64,000 bases of DNA from an uncultured bacterium (lineage in GTDB: Bacteria; Fidelibacterota; Fidelibacteria; Fidelibacterales; Fidelibacteraceae). Position numbers and translations under genes: made by a program. Positions 9,366-19,358 of the stretch are shown piece after piece. The first letter of the stretch is position 1, and every line of letters begins with the position of its first letter. Where the stretch lies: assembly GCA_964572745.1 (NCBI GenBank), contig CAZNFT010000001.1, positions 86,841 to 150,840 of the forward strand, written 5' to 3'. The notes beneath the pieces were generated by a model. The model was not told the DNA's origin. It ran no database searches and saw nothing but the letters and a program-made list of their open reading frames with translations.

Positions 9366-10886
9366 ATGCTGCGTATAGATGGATCTTCCCTGACGCTGGC
9401 TGATGTTGTTCGTGTTGCGCGTAATGCTGAGCGTGTTGAACTTAGTAATACTGCTTACGCACAAATAAAAGCATCTCGCGATTATGTCAAAGAACTTCTC
9501 AAAAATAAAGCTGTTGTCTATGGCATTACGACGGGCGTAGGTGAATTGTCATCTCACTATATTCCTCCGGAAAAAGCTATCAAATTGCAAGAAAATCTTA
9601 TTCGTTCACACGCATCAAATGTAGGTGAGCCTTTGGAAGAGGAAACAGTTCGTGCCATGATCCTGCTTCGTGCAAATGCTTTGGCAAAAGGATTTTCCGG
9701 AGTGCGCAGGGCTTTGATCGAGACACTTCTTGAGCTAATAAATAAAGATATTTATCCCTATATACCGGCAAAAGGCTCTGTGGGTGCCAGTGGAGATCTT
9801 TCACCGCTTTCACATTTAGCTTTAATTCTCACGGGTCAGGGCGAATGTCTTGTTGAGGGGAAGCGAGTAGATGCCAATAAAGTATTAAAAACTCATCATA
9901 TTAAGGCACTTCAATTGCAGGCCAAGGAAGGTCTTGCCTTGATCAATGGAACACAGGTAATGGCAGCGCACGGATGTTTAATTCTCTGCGATGCATTTGC
10001 TTTGATCAAGCATGCCCAGGTCGCAGGTGCTATGAGTTTAGAAGCTCTTAAGGGAACTTCTCGAGCGATGGATGCAAGAATTCATGCAGCTCGTCCGCAC
10101 AAAGGTCAGTCTTACATCGCTGCCAATATCAGAGACTTGGTAAAAGATTCCGCTATTATGGCTTCCCACAAGAATTGTGATAAAGTGCAAGATGCCTACA
10201 CTTTGCGTTGTATGCCTCAGGTTTACGGCCCTGTTTACGATACACTGAATTATGTAAAAAGTATTTTTGAGATAGAGATCAATTCAGCTACGGATAATCC
10301 GCTGATCTTTGCCGAAGATAAAGATGTGATCTCAGGTGGAAATTTTCATGGAGAACCTTTGGCCTTTGCTCTGGATTTTCTTGGGATCGCGCTTTCTGAG
10401 ATTGCAAATATTTCCGAAAGGACAGTCGATAGATTAGTAAATCCGCATGTTTCGGGACTCCCGCCGTTCTTGGCTGAAGGGAATGGATTAAATTCGGGTT
10501 ACATGATAGCACAATATACCGCAGCGGCACTTGTGTCGGAAAATAAAGTTTTGGCGCATCCTGCATCGGTGGATTCAATTCCAACATCGGCAGGACAAGA
10601 AGATCACGTGAGCATGGGCTCTATCGCTGCTGAACATGCACGAATGATCTTGAAAAATGTTGTAAATGTAATTGCTATAGAAATGCTCGCCGCTACTCAA
10701 GGCATTGATTTTCAACAGCCACTAGAAGCAGGTAAAGGGACAAAAGTAGCTTGGAAATATATTCGCAAATTCATTCCGCATTGGAAGGAAGATAGAATTA
10801 TGTATAAAGATATTGAAAAAATGGCAGATATCATTCGCAGTAAGGTCATTTTAGATGAATTAGAAAAGGAAGGAATACAATTATGA
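9366..10886 (+). CDS. hutH: Histidine ammonia-lyase
   Basis: ORF 9345..10886 (TTG). ATG at 9366 follows AGGAG (9355..9359). MIO-forming [15 protein letters not shown] motif and full-length HAL similarity. Confidence 0.95.
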   Translation: MLRIDGSSLTLADVVRVARNAERVELSNTAYAQIKASRDYVKELLKNKAVVYGITTGVGELSSHYIPPEKAIKLQENLIRSHASNVGEPLEEETVRAMILLRANALAKGFSGVRRALIETLLELINKDIYPYIPAKGSVGASGDLSPLSHLALILTGQGECLVEGKRVDANKVLKTHHIKALQLQAKEGLALINGTQVMAAHGCLILCDAFALIKHAQVAGAMSLEALKGTSRAMDARIHAARPHKGQSYIAANIRDLVKDSAIMASHKNCDKVQDAYTLRCMPQVYGPVYDTLNYVKSIFEIEINSATDNPLIFAEDKDVISGGNFHGEPLAFALDFLGIALSEIANISERTVDRLVNPHVSGLPPFLAEGNGLNSGYMIAQYTAAALVSENKVLAHPASVDSIPTSAGQEDHVSMGSIAAEHARMILKNVVNVIAIEMLAATQGIDFQQPLEAGKGTKVAWKYIRKFIPHWKEDRIMYKDIEKMADIIRSKVILDELEKEGIQL

Positions 10887-12583
10887 GTTTAAGACCGATG
10901 TATTCGGAATTTATGCCAAAGGAAAAAATAAGGGCCAGTCGCGGAAATAAAATTCAATGTAAAAACTGGGAGATCGAGGCAGCGCTAAGAATGCTACAAA
11001 ATAATCTTGATCCTGAAAACTCATTAATACCCGAAGAATTGATCGTCTATGGCGGTTCCGGCCGTGCTGTACGAAATTGGAAGGCATATCGTCAAACAGT
11101 CGATGCTTTGCTGAATCTTGAAAAAGATCAAACTCTAATTATGCAATCCGGCAAACCCGTTGGTGTGGTTCCTTCCCATGAATATTCTCCCCGTATTCTC
11201 ATCGCTAATAGTAACATTGTACCTAAATGGTCCACTCAGGACAATTTTGATAAATACGATAAAATGGGACTCACCATGTATGGTCAGATGACGGCCGGGT
11301 CCTGGATCTACATCGGAACTCAGGGAATTTTGCAAGGGACTTTTCAGACGCTTGCTGCTTTGGCCGAACAACATTATAACTCCGATCTTTCAGGTAAATG
11401 GGTGCTCACCGGTGGACTTGGAGCCATGAGCGGTGCTCAACCTTTATCGGTTACCATGAATAACGGTGTCGTTATTAATGTCGAGGTTGACCCCGTTCGT
11501 GCCAAACGTCGGGTTGAAGAAGGCTATTGCATGAAATACACTGAATCGCTCGATGAAGCAATTTCTCTCATGCAAGAAGCGGTCAAAAGCAAGAAAGCAT
11601 TATCGATTGCACTGATCGGGAATTGCGCAGAGATCCTTCCCGAAATGCTTAAGCGTGATATTATTCCGGATATTGTGACCGATCAAACATCTGCGCACTC
11701 ATTATTAGATTATGTTCCTCTCGGCGATCTTGATGAACTCCGAAAATTACAGGATAAAGATCCTGAATTATATAAAGAAAGATCCCTCGAAGCTATTATT
11801 AAACACACAGAAGCCATCCTGGAAATGCAGAAAAAAGGTGCTATTGCTTTTGATTATGGCAATAATTTACGTGGACAAGCAGAACTGGGCGGATTGAATG
11901 TGCGACAAGAAGATGGCAAATTCCTCTATCCGGGTTTTGTGCCTGCATATATTCGTCCGCTTTTTTGTGAAGGCCGCGGACCTTATCGTTGGGTCGCGCT
12001 TTCAGGTGATGTGAGTGATATTTATAAACTGGATGATCTGGTGCTTGAATTATTTCCGCATGATGAAATTCTATCGCGTTGGATCAAACTGGCAAGAGAG
12101 CAAGTGCCTCAGCTTGGATTGCCTAATCGTGTGTGCTGGCTGGGGCTGGGCGAACGCGCCGAATTTGCCCTACGCATGAATGAAATGGTGGCAAGCGGTG
12201 AATTAAAGGCGCCCATTGTGATTGGTCGTGATCACCTGGATTGCGGGTCCGTGGCCTCGCCGCATCGTGAGACCGAGGACATGTTGGATGGCTCTGACGC
12301 CATCGCAGATTGGCCTTTGCTGAACGCACTGGTCAATACCGCTTGTGGGGCTGACTGGGTATCTCTGCACAACGGCGGTGGCGTGGGTATTGGAAATTCA
12401 ACGCACGCCGGACAAGTCATTGTCGCCACCGGTGCCAAAGGAAAAGCCATCCGCCTGCAACGCGTCCTTGATGCCGACCCCATGATGGGGATTTTTCGTC
12501 ACATAGATGCAGGATATGATCATGCAAAGGAATTTGCAAAGAAGCATGATATGAATATACCGAGTTTAAAAGATCCAAAATAA
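10883..12583 (+). CDS. hutU: Urocanate hydratase
   Basis: 566 aa with typical urocanase blocks ([25 protein letters not shown]). ATGA overlap with hutH. Confidence 0.95.
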   Translation: MSLRPMYSEFMPKEKIRASRGNKIQCKNWEIEAALRMLQNNLDPENSLIPEELIVYGGSGRAVRNWKAYRQTVDALLNLEKDQTLIMQSGKPVGVVPSHEYSPRILIANSNIVPKWSTQDNFDKYDKMGLTMYGQMTAGSWIYIGTQGILQGTFQTLAALAEQHYNSDLSGKWVLTGGLGAMSGAQPLSVTMNNGVVINVEVDPVRAKRRVEEGYCMKYTESLDEAISLMQEAVKSKKALSIALIGNCAEILPEMLKRDIIPDIVTDQTSAHSLLDYVPLGDLDELRKLQDKDPELYKERSLEAIIKHTEAILEMQKKGAIAFDYGNNLRGQAELGGLNVRQEDGKFLYPGFVPAYIRPLFCEGRGPYRWVALSGDVSDIYKLDDLVLELFPHDEILSRWIKLAREQVPQLGLPNRVCWLGLGERAEFALRMNEMVASGELKAPIVIGRDHLDCGSVASPHRETEDMLDGSDAIADWPLLNALVNTACGADWVSLHNGGGVGIGNSTHAGQVIVATGAKGKAIRLQRVLDADPMMGIFRHIDAGYDHAKEFAKKHDMNIPSLKDPK

Positions 12584-12597
12584 GTGATAAGTGTAGG

Positions 12598-12615
12598 GTA
12601 CAGGTGTACCTGTAC
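12598..12615 (+). terminator. Hairpin GTACAGG-tgta-CCTGTAC 15 nt after the hutU stop (no U-tract)
   Basis: Perfect 7-bp stem read directly. It lacks a T-run, so terminator function is uncertain. Confidence 0.3.
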
Positions 12616-12652
12616 AAATTATGGGTTATGAGTTATAAATGATAATTACAAA

Positions 12653-12699
12653 GACCTGCCAACTGGTGTCCGATTAAAAAAAGGACCTGTTGGCTGGTC
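12653..12699. repeat. Long imperfect inverted repeat GACCTGCCAACTGGT ... ACCTGTTGGCTGGTC
   Basis: 13 of 15 positions pair (two U-U mismatches) around an A-rich loop. Sits between hutU and the inserted orphan ORF. Confidence 0.5.
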
Positions 12700-12723
12700 G
12701 AAAAAAATCAAACTGGAAAGAGC

Positions 12724-13425
12724 ATGGAGTTTAAAAAACGACTAAAATTAGTTTTAGAGATACTTGAGGATTCACCATATACAACTCAGAAAAAACGAAT
12801 ACACGAGTTATTTGATAAAACTAATAACAGTGATTTTAATGATATTATGTTAAGATTGTATGTCATCGATAGTTGCTATTCAACACAAATGAATAAACGG
12901 CTCTTTAGTTTTGATGATTTGAGTCGACTAATTGAAAATGAGATTGAACCTAGGTTTATTAATAGAAAAAGTGATACCAGTTTTATTGAAGAGAACTTCA
13001 ATAAAAGAATTCTGCTGCATCCGATAGGTATAGATAAAGAAGGTAATGATAAAGGTCATACTTTTTCATTGATCTCAAAATACTTGTATTTTAGGTCAAA
13101 TTTTAATTTCCCCATTTATGACAGTTTAGTTCGTAAAGAATTAAGAAGAGAGGGTTTTAAAATTAATGGTCAATATCCAAGTGTAGCTTATTTTAAATGT
13201 ATATTTGAGTTATGCGAGAAGTTTGAAATAGATTACGATGATCTTGATAAATATTTTTGGGTATGTGGTAAGGTTAGAAATGGAAGTTTATCTCTGATTA
13301 TTAAAGATAAAAAGTTGATGGAACGGTATCGCAATAGAGAATCTAAGTTAGGAACTCCAAAACAGTTAATCTGGATTTATGAATTGGAGGAATCTTTAGA
13401 GAGATACGATAAAGTGTTGAACTAA
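12724..13425 (+). CDS. Hypothetical protein (233 aa), AT-rich orphan ORF interrupting the hut operon
   Basis: Clean ORF with protein-like composition. I recognise no family. Visibly more AT-rich than the flanking hut genes. Confidence 0.6.
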   Translation: MEFKKRLKLVLEILEDSPYTTQKKRIHELFDKTNNSDFNDIMLRLYVIDSCYSTQMNKRLFSFDDLSRLIENEIEPRFINRKSDTSFIEENFNKRILLHPIGIDKEGNDKGHTFSLISKYLYFRSNFNFPIYDSLVRKELRREGFKINGQYPSVAYFKCIFELCEKFEIDYDDLDKYFWVCGKVRNGSLSLIIKDKKLMERYRNRESKLGTPKQLIWIYELEESLERYDKVLN

Positions 13426-13708
13426 TTATAGACTTAATAAATGATTTAACCCAACGAATCAAGGGAATAAACCAAGTAATTACCCCGGGTGCCTGTGCTT
13501 CCCTAGCTTCAGCGAAGGAGCAAAACCCAGGGACTAAGAACCACCACAACTCACAACCACGAACGAAGTTGAGGGGTTGGACTAAGTAATGACCCGGTAT
13601 GAAATGTCGGGACTTGAAAATAAAAAATAACTCCAACCTTGAGCTTGTCGATGGGTTGACCGTATGCTGAAAGCTGATTACTGTAGGCTGATAGCTAAAG
13701 GAATTACT

Positions 13709-15394
13709 ATGAAACAAATTATCGAATGCGTCCCGAATTTTTCCGAAGGCCGCGATATGACTATTATTAAGCAGATCACTGATGTGATCGAAGGTGTTGA
13801 CGGTGTGTTGCTACTGGATGTAGATCCGGGCAAGGATACAAATCGCACGGTCGTGACCTTTGCCGGTGAACCGGAAGCTGTGATGCAAGCTGCAGTGGCC
13901 GCAGTGGTAAAAGCCAAAGAACTCATTGATATGCGTAAACACAGCGGTGCGCATCCTCGCATGGGTGCTACCGATGTGTGTCCGCTTGTCCCTGTCTCTA
14001 ATGTGAGCATGGAAGAATGCGTTGATCTGGCAAAGGAGTTAGGCAAGCGAATTAATGATGCAACCGGCATTCCCATCTATTTATACGGCGAAGCTGCTCA
14101 GCGTAAAAATCGCTATAATCTTCCTGATATTCGCAAGGGCGAATACGAAGGGTTGGAAAAGAAATTAATGGATCCTGATTTTAAACCGGACTTTGGCGAA
14201 GCGATTTTTCTTCCAAGATCGGGTGCTAGCAATGTGGGTGCTCGTCCTTTTATGTTGGCTTATAATGTTAATTTAAACACAGCGGACATTAAGGCAGCTA
14301 AAGATATTGCTCTGACAATTCGTTCCAGAGGTCGAGCTAAACGCGATAAAGAAGGTAAGATCATTCGTGATGAACATGGTGTGATGGTCAAAGTCCCCGG
14401 AAAATTAGAATTCTGTCAGGCCGGTGGTTGGTATATTAAGGAATATGGCTATGCTCAGGTTACAATGAATCTTCACCGTATTGATATCACCGGATTGCAT
14501 ACGGCTTTTGATATCGTCATTGAAGAAGCAGCTAAAAAAGGTATTCGGGTTACCGGATCAGAATTGATAGGAATGGTTCCTCTGCAAGCCATGCTGGATA
14601 GTGGTGAACATTATCTCAAAAAACAGGGATGCTTCAGAGCTTGCCCGGAAAAAGATATTATTAATATTGCTATTCGTTCTTTAGGGCTTGAAGATACATC
14701 GCCCTTCGACCCCAAAAAACGTATTGTGGAATATGCTTTAGATAATACAGAAACACAACTAAAGGATTTATCTCTTAAAGAATTTACCGATTTGCTGTCA
14801 TCTCATGCATCTGCTCCCGGAGGCGGTTCGGTAGCGGCATTGAATGCTGCGCTGGGAGCTTCGCTTGCGGCTATGGTTGCAAACCTGACTTTCGAGAACA
14901 AAGAATACTTGGACCTTAAAGATAAAATGGAGCTTGTGGGAAAAAAGGCACAGACTCTTAAGATGCGTGCACTTCAACTCGTTGATGATGACAGCGTGGC
15001 CTTTAATAATTGGATGTTAGCACTGCGCCTCCCTAAGAAAAATGAAGAAGATAAAGCTAAACGCAATGCCGCTATTCAAGAGGCAGTACTTAATGCTATA
15101 AACACTCCGCATGCAATATTGAATTTATGTCCGGATATTCTTGCCTTAATAGATTATGTTATTCAAATGGGAAATCAAAATGCACTTTCGGATGCAGCTG
15201 TGGGAGTTAAGCAAATTAAATCTGCCGCTTGGGGATCCTATTATAATATTCTCATCAATTTATCTTCTTTAGATGACAAGATTATAGGTAAAAAAATACA
15301 GTCAGAAGCCAAAAAAACTCTGGCGGACATTGATGTCAAAACAAGAGAATTAACCTTATATACCGAGGAGAAACTTAAAAATGTTATCAGTTGA
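13709..15394 (+). CDS. ftcD: Bifunctional glutamate formimidoyltransferase / formimidoyltetrahydrofolate cyclodeaminase
   Basis: ORF 13664..15394. ATG at 13709 gives MKQIIECVPNFSEGRD (canonical formiminotransferase N-terminus). C-terminal helical cyclodeaminase domain (SAPGGGSVAALNAALGASL). Confidence 0.9.
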   Translation: MKQIIECVPNFSEGRDMTIIKQITDVIEGVDGVLLLDVDPGKDTNRTVVTFAGEPEAVMQAAVAAVVKAKELIDMRKHSGAHPRMGATDVCPLVPVSNVSMEECVDLAKELGKRINDATGIPIYLYGEAAQRKNRYNLPDIRKGEYEGLEKKLMDPDFKPDFGEAIFLPRSGASNVGARPFMLAYNVNLNTADIKAAKDIALTIRSRGRAKRDKEGKIIRDEHGVMVKVPGKLEFCQAGGWYIKEYGYAQVTMNLHRIDITGLHTAFDIVIEEAAKKGIRVTGSELIGMVPLQAMLDSGEHYLKKQGCFRACPEKDIINIAIRSLGLEDTSPFDPKKRIVEYALDNTETQLKDLSLKEFTDLLSSHASAPGGGSVAALNAALGASLAAMVANLTFENKEYLDLKDKMELVGKKAQTLKMRALQLVDDDSVAFNNWMLALRLPKKNEEDKAKRNAAIQEAVLNAINTPHAILNLCPDILALIDYVIQMGNQNALSDAAVGVKQIKSAAWGSYYNILINLSSLDDKIIGKKIQSEAKKTLADIDVKTRELTLYTEEKLKNVIS

Positions 15395-16586
15395 CCTCAT
15401 TGTCAAAAATGCTCATTTATATACTCTTTCATCTCAGGGAGAGATAGCAAATGGCTGTGTTATCGTAAAAAACGGCAAAATTCTCGATGTTTTTGAAGGC
15501 AGGAATGAGAATTACAGATCCGACACCATTATTGATGCGGAAGCAAAGTTGGTCATTCCGGGTTTTGTAGATTGCCACACTCATCTTGTTCACGCCGGTT
15601 CCCGTGCCAATGAATTGCAAGATCGTCTGCAAGGCAAGAGCTATCAAGAAATTCAGCAAAAAGGCGGAGGGATTTATTCTTCAGTCCGTGCAACACGAGC
15701 AGCAAGTAAAGAAGAGCTATTCCAAGAATCGCTTCAGCGCGTAGAGCTCTGTTTAAAACATGGCACAACAACAGCTGAGATAAAAACAGGATATGGATTG
15801 AATCCGGAAACAGAAAAAAAGATGCTCAACATCATTCATCGCTTGAATGAAGAAAGCGATCTTGAAACCGTTGCAACTTTTTTAGGTCCGCATGTTTATC
15901 CCGATGATCAGGAAGCTGAAGCCTATATGGATTGGTTGCTTAACGATGGACTGGATCTTGCAAAAGAAAAAGCTGAATTTGTAGATATTTACTGCGATGA
16001 TGGAGCCTATACCTATGATGATACTAAACGTTTTTTAAAGGCGGCTAAGGAAAAATGCATTCCGCTGAAGATTCATTCAGGACAATTCAAATCGCTTGGT
16101 GCTACAAAATTAGCCGCTAATCTAGGCGCTGTTTCTGCAGACCATCTTGATTTCGTGGGTGTTGATGGCTTTGACGCATTATTGCGTGCGGGCACTATTC
16201 CTGTATTTTTACCTGGCTGTTCTTACTATTTACGCACACACTATCCGGATGCTCGTCCTTATTTACGTGCCCACATGTCGGTTGCTCTTGCTACTGACTA
16301 TAATCCCGGTACTTGTCCCTCGCTGTCTATTCCCATGATGATGTCATTGGCCGTGATGCATATGGGATTCACTCCTGATGAGGCACTAAAGGCTGTCACA
16401 TTAAATGCTGCAAAAGCAATTTCTCGCGAGGCGCTTATTGGTTCTATAGAAAAAGGCAAGCAGGCTGATATATTGATTTGTCATGTTGATACTCTAAATG
16501 ACATGATTTCAATGTTTGGAATTAATCCGATTAAAACAGTTTTTAAAAAGGGTATTGTCATAAAATCCACAGATTGTAAAGATTAG
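15381..16586 (+). CDS. hutI: Imidazolonepropionase
   Basis: 401 aa amidohydrolase with GFVDCHTHLV metal motif and HutI-length/blocks. Overlaps the ftcD end. Confidence 0.9.
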   Translation: MLSVDLIVKNAHLYTLSSQGEIANGCVIVKNGKILDVFEGRNENYRSDTIIDAEAKLVIPGFVDCHTHLVHAGSRANELQDRLQGKSYQEIQQKGGGIYSSVRATRAASKEELFQESLQRVELCLKHGTTTAEIKTGYGLNPETEKKMLNIIHRLNEESDLETVATFLGPHVYPDDQEAEAYMDWLLNDGLDLAKEKAEFVDIYCDDGAYTYDDTKRFLKAAKEKCIPLKIHSGQFKSLGATKLAANLGAVSADHLDFVGVDGFDALLRAGTIPVFLPGCSYYLRTHYPDARPYLRAHMSVALATDYNPGTCPSLSIPMMMSLAVMHMGFTPDEALKAVTLNAAKAISREALIGSIEKGKQADILICHVDTLNDMISMFGINPIKTVFKKGIVIKSTDCKD

Positions 16587-16789
16587 AGCTTTACAAAAAT
16601 ATCATTTTTTGAACAAAGATTTATCCTTTATTGTTGAAATTTCAATTCTGTTCAGTAGTTTATAAAATCATTTATTTAAGTTGAACAAAAACATAAGGGA
16701 TGTTTTTTTGCTTGCAAAGCTATGCTAAGGTATTTAATATTAATAAGGTATAAGGCAAAAAAATAATTAATCAAGAAAGGCGGACTAAA

Positions 16790-17551
16790 ATGAAACTAAT
16801 AAATGTTTTTCTATTCGCTTTAGTTGTTGTTCTTTTTGGATGTTTTAATCCATCCCAAGAAGAGTCAACCGGAACCTTAATTTATCGCCTGGCTACCTGG
16901 AACACCTATGACTTTGATACAATGAATAAACCCACTGTTGATACGCTTACCTGTCCTCTTATAGATATTAAAACTATATTATTGAAAATCGAAGTAACCC
17001 AAGACACCATCATTCATGAAGGACCAGCTGACCAGGAATGGATCACTCTCTATGAATCAAATGAAGAGCTACTGCATTCAGAAAGAGATATTCGTGCTGT
17101 ATTGGATACAGGCACATACAAAGGAATGAGACTAACCCAACGCAATATGCTTTATTGGGTTTGCACACATCCAGACAACTCCCAGGATACGCTAGAATTT
17201 TATGATTTGAATAATCGCGACACCCTGGAAGTCGGTGAACATGGCTCACTGATCAATTATTTTGGAACTGATGGTTTTTATCATCTGGTAAACGATACCT
17301 TATATAATTCTAATATATCCGAAGATGGCAGTGGTGCCGGTGAATTTATTGGCTGTTATTTTAAAATATTTCCCGGGCAGATAACCGAAGTAACCATGCG
17401 TATGAATCTTATCTCTTTGGATTGGTTGGATTATAATGAAAATGGCATATATGAATACTGGGGTGGAGATACATTGGATAATATATCGACAGCTCATGAC
17501 AGCATTGTTACCATGGCTGATTTTATCGTAAGGTACCTTGGAGAAGAATAG
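16790..17551 (+). CDS. Hypothetical lipoprotein
   Basis: 253 aa with signal peptide and lipobox (VVLFGC). No recognised domain. Confidence 0.55.
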   Translation: MKLINVFLFALVVVLFGCFNPSQEESTGTLIYRLATWNTYDFDTMNKPTVDTLTCPLIDIKTILLKIEVTQDTIIHEGPADQEWITLYESNEELLHSERDIRAVLDTGTYKGMRLTQRNMLYWVCTHPDNSQDTLEFYDLNNRDTLEVGEHGSLINYFGTDGFYHLVNDTLYNSNISEDGSGAGEFIGCYFKIFPGQITEVTMRMNLISLDWLDYNENGIYEYWGGDTLDNISTAHDSIVTMADFIVRYLGEE

Positions 17552-17719
17552 TTTTTTTATGGATCTGTTCATGTAAATTGTCTGTTTTCTGACTAAATAA
17601 GTCTGTTTATCATAAAAATTGTTATTATATCAATATTGGGAACAAATCTTCTTGCTAAGCTTATTAAAAACGACAATATAATTCAACTGCTACTTTACAT
17701 CACAAACGAGATAAAAAAC

Positions 17720-18196
17720 ATGAAAAAACCGATACTCCTGATCTTGAGCTTGTGCCTGACATTTTCACTTTGGGCAGAAAATGAAATTCCTCGACATGGC
17801 CTTAGCACACACATTGGTGGATCCCTAGCCCTGGTTGAATATGAATATCAATATCGTTTTATTGTACGAGAGAAACATGCTATTTCTGCAACTGCTGGAA
17901 TAAACTCAATTGCAATAGCTTTGGGGTTCCCAATTGGTATTAATTACACATATGGGCACAAGAATCAATTATTACTGGGTCTTCGTTTTCTACCAAGTGT
18001 ATTGATCATGAGCTTTGACGATGAAATTGAAGTCCCGGCGTGGATATATTTCACAAACTTTCGGATTGGCTATGGTCGTGAAATTATGTTATTCAAACAA
18101 CCCTGCACTCTATACCTTTATGCTTCTCCCGCAGTGAGTTTAGTTCACGGAAACATAATACCCTGGGCAGGATTAGGGTTAACACAATATTTTTAA
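17720..18196 (+). CDS. Small outer-membrane beta-barrel-like protein, paralogue 1
   Basis: ORF 17636..18196. Likely start MKKPILLILSLCLTFSLWA at 17720. Shares IPRHGLS..IGGSL and the C-terminal G(L/M)..YF with the next gene. Confidence 0.6.
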   Translation: MKKPILLILSLCLTFSLWAENEIPRHGLSTHIGGSLALVEYEYQYRFIVREKHAISATAGINSIAIALGFPIGINYTYGHKNQLLLGLRFLPSVLIMSFDDEIEVPAWIYFTNFRIGYGREIMLFKQPCTLYLYASPAVSLVHGNIIPWAGLGLTQYF

Positions 18197-18212
18197 TCCT
18201 CGAACCTCATAA

Positions 18213-18683
18213 ATGAAAAAAACCACACTTCTTGTATTGTTATTTTCTCTTAGCCTTCTGTCCGCTCAAGATAAAATACCCCGCCATGGTTTAAGCGCTG
18301 ATATTGGCGGATCTTTGGGTGGAAGCATTAAATATAACTATCGCATTATCGCAGGAAATAATTTCCAGCTCACTCTCTCTACCGGCGTAGTATTAGGAAT
18401 TTTATCGGCAGGAGCTTCTGCGGGGGCTGAGGTCAGCTTTGGGCATGATCATCAGTTCATTGCGGGAATTAGTTTTGACCCAATGATCATTGCAGATGAC
18501 GATGATCTTGTTAATGGAATTGCGATCAGAGAGAATCTTCTTATTCCCCGAATTGGCTATAGGTGGCAAGCTAAAAAACTTGGAGAGCACTTTTATTTTC
18601 ATGCCTATGTGTCCCCGATCATACCTTTGGATGATGATTGGATCATGCCGTGGTTTGGTTTTGGTATGCTGGGATACTTTTAA
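18213..18683 (+). CDS. Small outer-membrane beta-barrel-like protein, paralogue 2
   Basis: 156 aa with signal peptide MKKTTLLVLLFSLSLLSA, motif KIPRHGLSADIGGSL and terminal GFGMLGYF. Confidence 0.6.
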   Translation: MKKTTLLVLLFSLSLLSAQDKIPRHGLSADIGGSLGGSIKYNYRIIAGNNFQLTLSTGVVLGILSAGASAGAEVSFGHDHQFIAGISFDPMIIADDDDLVNGIAIRENLLIPRIGYRWQAKKLGEHFYFHAYVSPIIPLDDDWIMPWFGFGMLGYF

Positions 18684-19145
18684 GACTATTCTCGGTGCAT
18701 GATTTTAATCTCGGAAGTTTTAGCATAGAAAAACCTTATTTTCAATCTACAAGGCTTTAGCAAAGTAGATCGGATATCACTGTGAATGTGAGCACTGAGT
18801 TCATAGGGATCGATAATTTACCTGCAATTTTGAGCCCTGAAGTATTGAGAATGGATTTCAAACGAGGAAGGGGTTAAAATACCAAAATAATCTATCTTAT
18901 AAAATGATATTGAAATGGTAAAAGCAAAATCGTGAGATAGCTAATTTTGCAAAAGATCTGTGCAAATGCTTTGATGGGAGCTTATGCAAAGAGTTCCATT
19001 AATATATTAATCAGGGCAAGGTCTCAAGTGTGCTTTAAAGAAAGTTTTGGAGAATACTTTAAGTCAATCAGTATTAATTATTAGGAATAAGAAGAACCCC
19101 CGATGCATGGAGACTTTAAGTCTTATCTGTTCATCTTGTTTAAAA

Positions 19146-19351
19146 AAGCAATCCGGGTTATCCTGCTATCTTGTCGAAAAGCTAACGGATTATCCTGTTA
19201 TCCTGTCCACCAGCAATCCAAGTTATCCTGTAATCCAGTCGAAAAGCTATCGGATTATCCTGTTATCCTGTCCACCAGCAATCCAAGTTATCCTGTAATC
19301 CAGTCGAAAAGCTATCGGATTATCCTGTTATCCTGTCAAAAAGAATCCTGT
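19146..19351 (+). repeat. 65-bp tandem repeat (about 3.3 units) carrying nine perfect TTATCCTG octamers
   Basis: Units start at 19173, 19238 and 19303, and units 1 and 2 differ at one base. TTATCCTG at 19158, 19190, 19198, 19223, 19255, 19263, 19288, 19320 and 19328, all on the same strand. Confidence 0.95.
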
Positions 19352-19358
19352 GATCTCG

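Noticed and set aside
13470-13708. THF riboswitch upstream of ftcD
   Set aside because: Only a loose resemblance (ACGAACGAAGTTGAGG vs the ACGAAGCGAGAG region I recall). The other conserved THF-I elements are missing.
13343-13717. 124-aa minus-strand ORF spanning the hutU-ftcD spacer
   Set aside because: It runs through the GC-rich hairpin region and overlaps both the end of the orphan ORF and the ftcD start. The sequence is not protein-like and there is no RBS.
19146-19351. CRISPR array, or a second oriC made of DnaA boxes
   Set aside because: The repeats are contiguous with no unique spacers and no cas genes are nearby. The octamer shares only TTATCC with the DnaA box, and true E. coli-type boxes sit next to dnaA at 38650..38811.
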